A stretch of DNA of 19,985 nucleotides, taken from NCBI GenBank assembly GCA_040752415.1, contig JBFMGU010000199.1:1-19985 (forward strand), read 5' to 3'. The position numbers and the translations under genes are program-made. Of this stretch, positions 1 through 7,808 are shown piece after piece (the stretch's first letter is position 1; each line of letters begins with the position of its first letter). This DNA is from Myxococcota bacterium. GTDB taxonomy: Bacteria; Myxococcota; JACRCW01. The notes under the pieces were generated by a model. The model saw only the letters and a program-made list of their open reading frames with translations. It had not been told where the DNA came from and ran no database searches.

Positions 1-678
1 GGGAGCGGTTGTCGTGGCGGGGGCGGGGGACGTGGTGGCGGGAGCGGGAGCGGCCGCGGCGGGTTGGGCCGGTTGCGCAGAGGGTGTGGCTGCGCGCTGG
101 GCGGCCGCCGCCTCCGCTGCCACGTCACGCTCCAACTTCTCCGCCGCCTGCTGGGCCTTCTGAACCCATTCCATCTCGGACGGGCGCTTCTCCAGCTCCA
201 CGTACTTGCGGAAGTCCGCGGCGGCCTCGCGCTTCATCCCCAGCGCCTGCTCGCTCTCCGCCAGGCCGTAGTACGCGTCGGGGTCACCGGGTTTGAGCTG
301 CAGGTATTGCTGGTACTGCTTCACCGCCTCCGGGTACCGACCCGCCTTCCGCAGCGAATAGGCCAGGTTGTAACGCGCGCTGGCCTCCGCCGGGTCCATG
401 TTCGCGGCCACCTCGAACACGGTCGCGGCGTCGGAGTAGCGGTCGGTGTTGAAGAGCAGCTCACCCAGCGCCATTGCCGCGTCGAAGTACTTGGGGTCCT
501 GGGTGATGGCTTCCTTGTAGGCCTGCTCCGCGCCCGCCACGTCATTGCGCGCGGCGGCGGCGTCACCACGCTGCTTGGCGGACAGTGCTGCGGGATTCTT
601 GCTGGGCCCCGCCGCCAGGAGCGGGGATGCGGCCAGCTGCAGGATGATGAGGGAGGAGGGAAGGAGGCGTCGTGCCAT
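1..678 (-). CDS. Secreted tetratricopeptide-repeat (TPR) protein, 3'-truncated by the window edge
   Basis: Not in the ORF track because it has no stop in the window. Manual translation from ATG at 678 gives MARRLLPSSLIILQLAASPLLAAGPSK (signal peptide), then TPR-like helices (AEQAYKEAITQDPKYFDAAMALGELLF; ARYNLAYSLRKAGRYPEAVKQYQQYLQLKPGDPDAYYGLAE), then an Ala/Pro/Thr-rich linker open to position 1. Confidence 0.85.
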   Translation of the reverse strand, partial: MARRLLPSSLIILQLAASPLLAAGPSKNPAALSAKQRGDAAAARNDVAGAEQAYKEAITQDPKYFDAAMALGELLFNTDRYSDAATVFEVAANMDPAEASARYNLAYSLRKAGRYPEAVKQYQQYLQLKPGDPDAYYGLAESEQALGMKREAAADFRKYVELEKRPSEMEWVQKAQQAAEKLERDVAAEAAAAQRAATPSAQPAQPAAAAPAPATTSPAPATTTAP

Positions 679-726
679 GGCGGGGCGCGAGACTACCGCA
701 GATGGCCCCGGGCGCTACCCATCACG

Positions 727-2250
727 TCAGCGTCGTTGGGCGGGGCGCGGGGCCACCAGGTCCAGGGGATGGATGGCCGGACCGGCATGGGCGGAGATCT
801 CCAGGGAGAAGCTCTGCGTCATCTTCACTTCCAGCTCCAGGGGACCGGGGTTGAGGGCCAGCCAATCCGCCTCCACGCGCACGCTGCCCAGGATCTCGCG
901 GTCCACGCTGGCGGCCTCCAGCGCCTCGTACAGCACCAGCGCCAGCGGCATGCCCGGCGGCGGCCGGTTCTCAATGGGCATCCGACGTGCGCACGGCACC
1001 GCCGTGTTGGCACCAATGGCCTCCATGGGGCCCTTGCCCGGGACCATCATCCAGATCGGGACACTCACCACGTCCACCAGGCCCGGACCCGCCGGCATGT
1101 CCAGGCTCCGACCCAGCATGGCCGCGCCCGCCGCCACGCTCAGCTCGGGGTTGATGTTCTTGGCCGGGTCGGTGCGGAAGACCGCCTGCAGTCGGCGCTG
1201 CAACGCGGGCGTCCGCGTCTGACCACCCACCAGGATCAGCTCACCCACGTCGGAGGCCTTGAGGCCCTTGCGTGCCAGCAGCTCCTCGCACGCGCCCACG
1301 CACCGCTCGATCAGCGGGGCAATCATCTGCTCCAGCATCTCGCGGTTCATGGCGTAGTCCAGGTCAATGGGCCGGCCGTTCTTCTCGCCGGCAAACACCA
1401 CGCGCACGTTGGCGCGCTCCTCGCTGCTCAGGATGATCTTCGCCAGCTCCGACGCGAAGATCAGCCGCTGCATCACCACCTTCTGGCTGGACAGGTCAAT
1501 CCCGTAGTCATTCTGGAACCGACGCGCCAACGCCCCGGCAATCCGCTCGTCAAAGCCCGCGCCGCCCAGGAACGCGTCCCCGCCGGTGGCCAGCACCTTC
1601 ACCAGGTGCCCCTCGATGGCAATGAGCGTGGCGTCAAACGTGCCACCGCCCAGGTCAAACACCAGCAGCGTCTGCTCCCCGCCGCGTGAGCGCGTGTAAT
1701 AGAGGGCCGCCGCGGTGGGCTCGTTGATCATCGCGCGGACTTCCAGGCCCGCCATCTCCGCCGCGGTCCGCACAATCTGGCGCTGCCGGTAGCCAAAGTG
1801 CGCCGGCACGGTCAGCACGCACTCCTCGAACTCCTGGCCCGCGCCCGCCGCCGCGTTCGCCAGTTCCACGATGCGGTGGATGATGTTGAAGCTGATGGTG
1901 GTCAGCGACTTCACCTCGCCATGCACTTCCGCGGCGCAGGTTCCGTCGGGGCCTTCCACGATCTTGAAGAGGTGCCGGTCCTTGTTCCGCGTCACGAACT
2001 CACTGCGGTACTGCCGGCCCAGGAAGCGCTTGAGGCCAAAGACGGTGTTCTGCGGGTCGTCGACGATCTTCTGGCGCGCCCCGGCGCCCACCACGAACCG
2101 GTCGCGGGAGGCGTACCAAACCACCGACGGGAGGACGTGATCCACCTCCGTCACCGGCACCATGTGCAGGTTGGCCTTGCGGTCCACCCAGGCGGCGGAC
2201 GTGTTGGTGGTCCCGAAGTCGATTCCCAGCACCGGTTTCATGCGAGCCAT
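727..2250 (-). CDS. Hsp70/DnaK-family protein, atypical, with a short C-terminus
   Basis: Hsp70 ATPase motifs GIDFGTTN, TVPAHF, INEPTAAAL, FDLGGGTFD, LVGGQTRTP and NPELSVAAGAA. Only about 110 aa follow the linker (LVDVV). The start could be ATG 2250 or 2241. Confidence 0.9.
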   Translation of the reverse strand: MARMKPVLGIDFGTTNTSAAWVDRKANLHMVPVTEVDHVLPSVVWYASRDRFVVGAGARQKIVDDPQNTVFGLKRFLGRQYRSEFVTRNKDRHLFKIVEGPDGTCAAEVHGEVKSLTTISFNIIHRIVELANAAAGAGQEFEECVLTVPAHFGYRQRQIVRTAAEMAGLEVRAMINEPTAAALYYTRSRGGEQTLLVFDLGGGTFDATLIAIEGHLVKVLATGGDAFLGGAGFDERIAGALARRFQNDYGIDLSSQKVVMQRLIFASELAKIILSSEERANVRVVFAGEKNGRPIDLDYAMNREMLEQMIAPLIERCVGACEELLARKGLKASDVGELILVGGQTRTPALQRRLQAVFRTDPAKNINPELSVAAGAAMLGRSLDMPAGPGLVDVVSVPIWMMVPGKGPMEAIGANTAVPCARRMPIENRPPPGMPLALVLYEALEAASVDREILGSVRVEADWLALNPGPLELEVKMTQSFSLEISAHAGPAIHPLDLVAPRPAQRR

Positions 2251-2290
2251 GGGTTCCAGTCTGGAGCCCGCTCACCGGTGGCAGCAAGGG

Positions 2291-4183
2291 TTATCGCGTC
2301 TGGACGTTGGCGCTCGCGGCCCCACCCGCCAGCGTGACCGCGGGCTTGGAGGTATCCGCCACCACCAACTGCGTGGTGGGGTCCAGCTTCTCGGCCAGAC
2401 CGCGCAGCACGCTGCCGCGCAGCACCGTCCACAACGGATTTCTCTCGGAGGTGCCCACCATGACCACGCGCGTGGCCAGGCGACGCGCCGCGCTGGCAAT
2501 GGATGCGGGTGCGTCGTGGGCCATGCGCCAGATGGGGAGCGCCTCCACCCCGCGGTCCACCAGGTAGTTGGTGCAGCGTGCCAACGTGCGGATGGCCTCC
2601 GGGCTGGGGCCCACCTTGGGCGGGTAGAAGAGACCGGGGACCTCGTCGACGAAGAGCAGGTGGATGGCGTTGAACCCGCGCTCGCGCGCCAGGGTCAGGG
2701 CCGCGTCCATCATGGGCTGACGGAAACCGCGGACGGGGAGGAGCAGGGCGCCGGGGTAGACGGCCAGCAGGTCCTGCGCCTCCTGCAGGGAGAGGATCTT
2801 GCGCATGGCCGGGGCCTGCTCGGCGGCGGACTCGGCGGCTTCCGCGGTGAGGAACGGGATGAGGTTGGTCTCCCCGCGAATCCAGCCGCGCTTGACGGAG
2901 ATGGCCAGGCCCATGCCCAGCGCCAGCAGCCCGCCGCCAAAGAGGGTGGACTTCAGCTTGAAGACCAGGTTCACCGACCAGGCCAGGGCCACCAGCAGCG
3001 TGGTCACCAGGCCCAGGAAGAACCAGACGCCCCGTCGACGCTCCCGCCACGCCACCACATCCAGGCTCAGGGAGCTGAGCGTGAACGCGCCCAGCAGGCC
3101 AAACGCGTAGAGGCTGCCCAGGAACGCCAGCGAGCCACCGGTGGCGAGGATGATGAGGATGGGGAAGAAGACCGCCAGCGCAATGGCCTGGTGCGGCGTG
3201 CCGAAGCGGTAGTTGATGTTGGACAGCGCCGCGGGGAGGTAGCGGTCGCGCGCCATGACCACGAACACCTGGTAGCCGCCGATGATCGCGGTGTTGGCGG
3301 CGAACAGCAGCAGGGTGCTGGCGCTCACCACCACCAGGGTCCGCAGCGGGAGCCCGCCGGCCAGCATGCCCAGGTTGGAGATGAAATGGTCCGGGTTGGT
3401 CTGGGCCAGGTCCAGCATGGACAGCGAGAGCGCGGTGAGAACCGGGCTGGTGATGAGGATGCTCAGGGTGACGCCGGCCATCGCCACCATGGCCACGCGG
3501 CCCTTGGGCTCCACCAGCGCCGGCGAGAGGTGGCTCATGGATTCCAGCCCGCTGAATGCCAGCCACGCGCCCGCAAAACCGTGCAGCAGGTGCATGGGCT
3601 CCATGTGCTGCATGGCCGTGACGTCGGTGGCCATCTGCTGCCACTGGGCGGGCGTGGCCTGGATGGCGCACAGGGTGATGGTCAACAGGCTCACCGCCAG
3701 CGCAAAGACCGCCATCACCGCGCTGAAAACGGCCGACTCCTTGAGGCCCACCACGTTCAGCGCGCCCAGCGCCATGAGGGCCACGCAGGGCAGGGCCAGC
3801 TTCCAGCTGCCCAGCGGCACGAGGGTGGAGATGTATTCGAAGCCGCTGACCGCGCTGATGGCGCTGGTCAGGAAGTAGTCCACCGTGATGAGCATGCCGC
3901 CCACGGCGCCCATCAGGGACCCGAACGCGTCGCTGGTGACGCTGACCACGCCGCCGCCGTCCTGGTAGCGGGCCGTGATGTCCACGTACTTGCGCGCCAA
4001 CAGCAGCACGCACAGACCCGTCAGCAGCACGAACCCCGCCGCGGACCGGCCAATCTCACCGTAGAGGATGCCTGGGACGTAGTACTGGCTGGTGCCGATG
4101 TCGGCGAAAACCACGGCCCAGCACAGGAACGCCCCGATACGTTTACTGCCACCGCCTGATGTACTGCTCACCTGTTTAGCCAC
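2291..4183 (-). CDS. APC-superfamily permease with a C-terminal USP-like domain; probable K+ transporter (KUP/KimA-like)
   Basis: About 12 hydrophobic segments. Motifs VVFADIGTSQYY, YQDGGGVV, TVDYFLTSAIS and FSGLESMS. The soluble C-terminus has a USP-like pattern (IHLLFVDE...IASAARRLATRVVMVGTSERN...LRGSV). Confidence 0.8.
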   Translation of the reverse strand: MAKQVSSTSGGGSKRIGAFLCWAVVFADIGTSQYYVPGILYGEIGRSAAGFVLLTGLCVLLLARKYVDITARYQDGGGVVSVTSDAFGSLMGAVGGMLITVDYFLTSAISAVSGFEYISTLVPLGSWKLALPCVALMALGALNVVGLKESAVFSAVMAVFALAVSLLTITLCAIQATPAQWQQMATDVTAMQHMEPMHLLHGFAGAWLAFSGLESMSHLSPALVEPKGRVAMVAMAGVTLSILITSPVLTALSLSMLDLAQTNPDHFISNLGMLAGGLPLRTLVVVSASTLLLFAANTAIIGGYQVFVVMARDRYLPAALSNINYRFGTPHQAIALAVFFPILIILATGGSLAFLGSLYAFGLLGAFTLSSLSLDVVAWRERRRGVWFFLGLVTTLLVALAWSVNLVFKLKSTLFGGGLLALGMGLAISVKRGWIRGETNLIPFLTAEAAESAAEQAPAMRKILSLQEAQDLLAVYPGALLLPVRGFRQPMMDAALTLARERGFNAIHLLFVDEVPGLFYPPKVGPSPEAIRTLARCTNYLVDRGVEALPIWRMAHDAPASIASAARRLATRVVMVGTSERNPLWTVLRGSVLRGLAEKLDPTTQLVVADTSKPAVTLAGGAASANVQTR

Positions 4184-4341
4184 TCCAAGTCAGGCCCCTC
4201 ACAAAACACCCCACGATCCCGCTGTCCACTCGCCGGCGCCCTTGCCAAACGGGCCGGATGTGGGGGTGGGTGCGCAGGCCCCACCGGGGTGAGCTGGAGC
4301 CTGAGGGGAGGGCGTGGCCGCCCAGGTGGCGTGCCGCCGGT

Positions 4342-5326
4342 TCACCACCAGCCCTGACGACGTGACCACCACAGCATCCCGCTCATCAGCAGGCCCATGG
4401 TGGCCAGCGCCTGGGCCAACTGGGCCAGGTTGGTCTGGTCGTTCACGATCACGTTCATGCCGTAGACGGAGGCCACCGCGGTGACGGGCAGGACCACGGC
4501 CGCAAGCAGGGCCAGGCGCTCCATGGCCAGGTTGATCCGGCTGGTGGCCCGGGTCTGGTGGAAGTCCAGGACCCCCTGCACGAACTCCCGCTCCGCCTCG
4601 CACAGCGCGGAGAGGCGCTCCATCTGGTCGCGCGTGTCCTGCACGTAGGGCTGCCAGGTGGCGGCCGGGAACCGGGGAGCCAGGGCCGCCAGCCGGGCGC
4701 ATATCTCGCGGTCCTGCGCGGCGATGGTCTTGAGGACCAGCAGCTCGTGTCGCACCTGGTAGAGCTCTTCCACCAGGGGCTCGGTGGAACGAGGCGTGCC
4801 CTGGGTGGCCCGCTGCTCCAGCAACCCCGCCTTTTCGTCCAGGTCCCCAATCTGGGCCTCCATCCGCCGGAAGGGCGCAGTTGATGGCGTAGGCAAGCTC
4901 GCCCGCGGACCCCGGACGGAGGCGACCCGAGGCCATCCGCTCCAACACCGCCTGGGTCTCCCTCACAGTGCCCTCGGGGGTCGGTCCGCCGTCCGCCGCG
5001 CCGTGCACGGTGACGAGGTAGCGCGGCCCCAGGAACTGGCTCAGCTCCAACCGACGCACCTGCCCCGGCGCCAGACGCTCCGGGAAGTGCAGCACCACGA
5101 AGACGTGGTCGGCGTACGCGTGGACGCGGGGCACGTGGCCGGACCGCCGTCGGTCCTTCACCGCCAGGGGGTGGAAGCGGAACGTCTCCCGCAGCACGCC
5201 GGTGGCACGGTCATCCAGCGCGGGCACGTCCAGCCAGAGGAAGCCATCTTGTCGGTGGAGGAGGGACTCCAGCTCGGTCAGGGGGTACGCCACCAGCCCG
5301 TCCGCCGTGAACCCGTGCAGCTGCAT
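4342..5326 (-). pseudogene. corA: CorA-family Mg2+/divalent cation transporter split by a frameshift near 4870 (pseudogene or sequencing error)
   Basis: The N-terminal half (FLWLDV...FRFHPLAVKD...HVFVVLH...FLGPRYLVTVH) is in the 5326 frame. The C-terminal half (RRMEAQIGDLDE...INLAMERL...VYGMNV plus two TM helices, ending RRQGWW) is in another frame. The minus-strand junction reads GCC CTT C CGG CGG ATG. Confidence 0.8.
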
Positions 5327-5427
5327 CCGCGTCTCCGAGGGAAAACCGCTTCCTCTCGTTTAGCGGTGACGCGGTTGGGAGCGCAGACCGCGGGCCCGAT
5401 CACCCGTTCAGCAGGCGGCTGGGGCGG

Positions 5428-5868
5428 TTACTTGATGAAATAGCCGGAGACCTTCCACTTCCCGTCCTTGTCGCGCATGGGCGTGATGGTCTCCACCGCC
5501 TGCTTCTTGTTCGCGAACACGGTGTCGAACTGGATGATGACGTACTCACCGTCGGGTCCGCCGGGCACGGAGCGGGTGTACGTGGCGCTCTTGAGCTTGC
5601 GGGAGATCACCTTGCCCAGCGGCTGGCGCACCGCCTTGACGGTCTGCGACCACTGCTCGCGGGTCACCGCCCCCTTGAACAGCGGCGCGGCGTCCTCCCA
5701 GCTCTTCCCGTAGCTGCCCCCGTCGACCTGGGCCAACCACGCCTCCGCCGCCTTTTGGGCCTCCGTCTCGTTGGACGCCGCGGGTTCGGCGGCAACCGCG
5801 GGGGCGGGTTGGAAGCTCGCCATCACGGCCGCGGACAGGAGCAGCGCACCAAGCAGAACGTTCTTCAT
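5428..5868 (-). CDS. Secreted DUF4019-like protein (146 aa)
   Basis: ATG at 5868 follows AGGGAGAAGACG. Signal peptide MKNVLLGALLLSAAVMA. Mature sequence AAEAWLAQVDGGSYGKSW...R.PLG...PGGPDGEYVIIQFDTVF...AVETITPMRDKDGKWKVSGYFIK resembles DUF4019 as I recall it. Confidence 0.8.
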   Translation of the reverse strand: MKNVLLGALLLSAAVMASFQPAPAVAAEPAASNETEAQKAAEAWLAQVDGGSYGKSWEDAAPLFKGAVTREQWSQTVKAVRQPLGKVISRKLKSATYTRSVPGGPDGEYVIIQFDTVFANKKQAVETITPMRDKDGKWKVSGYFIK

Positions 5869-6022
5869 CGTCTTCTCCCTTTGTGTGGTCAGCCTGGTCG
5901 AACCAGAGCACCCGGCGACGCGGTCGCCAAGTCCATCCCTGCGGTCGCTGGGCCACGTCGGTACACCGTGGATGTCGACGAGCGTTGGCGGCTCATGCGG
6001 TGGCGTCCCCCTATGGGCCGAG

Positions 6023-6038
6023 TGGCATGGCGGTGGCA
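6023..6038 (+). promoter_or_regulatory. Possible sigma-54 (-24/-12) promoter for the porin gene
   Basis: TGGCATGGCGGTGGCA keeps the GG-N10-GC spacing of TGGCACG-N4-TTGCW. It would put the transcription start only a few nt before ATG 6052, downstream of the AGGAG at 6041. Confidence 0.3.
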
Positions 6039-6051
6039 TCAGGAGTTGGGC

Positions 6052-7296
6052 ATGCGCACCGTCTCGAAATGCATCTTCCTGTCCTGCCTTCTCGTCGCGC
6101 GCACTGCCTCGGCGCAGGCACCCCAGCCAGTCGCACCCACCACGACGTCGGCGTGGACCGCGGCGCCGACAGCAACCTCCGCTGCGTCGGGACCGAGCAT
6201 GCTCGTCGAGGAGGTCAAGTCCTCACTGCCGGAATGGCTCTCCGTGGTGCAGGTCCACGGCCTCGTCGACGTCTACTACGCGTTCAACGTGAACCGTCCC
6301 GCGGACGGCGCGAACTTCCCGCCGGGAACGGGGAGCACGGCCAAGCGCTTCAACGAGTTCAACCTCAACCTCGCCGCTCTCGACGTCATCGTCGACAAGG
6401 CCCCGGTGGTCGGCCGGCTGACACTCGCGTTCGGCAACGGCATCGAGGTCCTCCACGCCGGGGAGCCGCGCGCGGTGGCCACGGGCCCCGACGTGTTGCG
6501 CAACGTGCTCACCGCTTCGGTGTCGTTTGCGCCGCCCATGGTCCCGGGACTGGTGCTGGTGATGGGCAAGTTCCCCGCGCACGTGGGCTTCGAGGTGATG
6601 GCCAGCAAGGACAACTGGAACTACACGCGCGCCTACCTTGGTGAGTACTCGCCGTATTACCTGGCCGGCGCCAAGGCCACGTACAAGTTCCTCAAGTACT
6701 TCACGTTGTGCGGCATGATCGTGAATGGCTGGCAGAACACCGGCGAGAACAACCTCTGGAAGAGCGTGGGCACGATGGTCGCGTTCAACCACGAGCACGT
6801 GAGCCTGCTGTGGGGCACGCTCGTCGGTCCGGAGCTGCCGGGCACGGTCAACACCATGGTGCCGCAGCTCAACAGCCCGGATACGCGCCTGCGCGTGTTC
6901 AACGACTTCGTCGCGGTGTTGAAGCCGAGCAAGCACCTCAACTTCGCCGCGCAGCTCGACGTGGGCTACCAGCACCCCGCCCGCGACCAACACACCTTCT
7001 GGCACGGCCTGGGCGGCTACGTGCGCATGATGCCCGTGGAGCAGCTCGCCCTGGCTCTGCGCGCCGAGTACTTCCTGGACCCCATGAACGCCGTCACCGG
7101 GTTCGCGCAGAACCTGGTGGAGGCAACGGCCACCGTCGAGCTGAGACCGGCGCCGTTCCTGTCTTTCAAGCTTGAAGGTCGCGCGGACTACTCCACCGCG
7201 CCGGTGTTCAGCGGCTCCGCCGTCGACGCTGCGGGCACGCCGGTGGGTGCCAACAGCCAGACCATGGTCGCCGGCGGCGCGGTGCTGTTTTTCTGA
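6052..7296 (+). CDS. Outer-membrane beta-barrel porin (bbp2/DUF1597, OmpL-like type)
   Basis: AGGAG at 6041-6045, then ATG 6052. Signal peptide ending ASA-Q. Motifs GLVDVYYAFNVNRP, GKFPAHVGFEV..SKDNWNYTR, PYYLAG and VNGWQ, with amphipathic beta-strands and a terminal Phe. Confidence 0.85.
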   Translation: MRTVSKCIFLSCLLVARTASAQAPQPVAPTTTSAWTAAPTATSAASGPSMLVEEVKSSLPEWLSVVQVHGLVDVYYAFNVNRPADGANFPPGTGSTAKRFNEFNLNLAALDVIVDKAPVVGRLTLAFGNGIEVLHAGEPRAVATGPDVLRNVLTASVSFAPPMVPGLVLVMGKFPAHVGFEVMASKDNWNYTRAYLGEYSPYYLAGAKATYKFLKYFTLCGMIVNGWQNTGENNLWKSVGTMVAFNHEHVSLLWGTLVGPELPGTVNTMVPQLNSPDTRLRVFNDFVAVLKPSKHLNFAAQLDVGYQHPARDQHTFWHGLGGYVRMMPVEQLALALRAEYFLDPMNAVTGFAQNLVEATATVELRPAPFLSFKLEGRADYSTAPVFSGSAVDAAGTPVGANSQTMVAGGAVLFF

Positions 7297-7382
7297 ACCG
7301 ACTGTGCAGAGCGCAAGGCATCCTGGGATGTCACCGTCGGGGAGGGTGACGGGGAGCACATCCGCATGTGTCCGTGGGAAAC

Positions 7383-7695
7383 CCGGCAGGGCGGGGCTCT
7401 TTCCCGGCAGGCCCGGGAGGCGTTCCAGCGGGCCTGGGGGGATTACCAGCGCACCCGGCACGCGGCTCCGGCGCGCCCTCCGAGCCTCCCGGCACGGCGG
7501 GGAAGTGGCTCCGGCGCGCCTGGGAAAGCACCCGGCGACTGCCGGACAGTGGCCAGGGTCGGCCGGTGTCACTTCCCGTGCGCGCCGGTACCGGTGCCAG
7601 GGTGTGCCGGGTGGGTTCCGCGGTGAGCCGGGGCTTGGCGGCGGTTGCGCTGGAACAGCTCCGGGCGCGCTGGAGCGCGTTCCCGGGCGCGCCGG
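7383..7695. repeat. Dyad-symmetric, helically phased degenerate repeat array (~21.4-bp period)
   Basis: CCRGC starts at 7383, 7404, 7425, 7446, 7468, 7489, 7511 and 7532. The inverted motif GCYGG ends at 7545, 7566, 7588, 7610, 7631, 7653, 7673 and 7695. Unit consensus is roughly CCRGC-N3-CCYGGG. The central unit is CCGGC-GACT-GCCGG. Confidence 0.8.
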
Positions 7696-7808
7696 TGATC
7701 GTCATCGCGTCGTCGGCGCAAAGATAGCGCTTCCGCACGACGGAGGTGACTTGATATCCGGGCCGCCGAGGGGCGGGACCAACAACAATTCAAGTGGGGA
7801 GGTGTGTC

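Noticed and set aside
64..4159. Long plus-strand ORFs 64-1689 and 2162-4159
   Set aside because: Antisense shadows of the TPR, Hsp70 and permease genes, typical of high-GC3 DNA.
4184..4341. c-di-AMP (ydaO) riboswitch upstream of the KimA-like permease
   Set aside because: I could not find the conserved GCTGAA/GGAACC-type core on the minus strand.
5755..6051. N-terminal extensions of the porin (from 5755) and of the DUF4019-like gene (from 6039) in the ORF track
   Set aside because: They overlap each other, and better starts with SD-like sequences and signal peptides exist at 6052 and 5868.
7330..7370. Rho-independent terminator after the porin gene
   Set aside because: Short stems exist (GTCACC/GGTGAC; CACAT/ATGTG) but there is no U-tract.
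7383..7695. The array as CRISPR, TIGR-like or a coding heptad repeat
   Set aside because: No identical 23-50-bp repeats, no cas or Nop-domain genes, and the orientation flips at the centre. The 20-22-nt steps break codon phase, and the overlapping ORFs (7172-8356, 7331-7738, 7366-7626, 7368-7727) give Gly/Arg/Pro-rich shadow translations.
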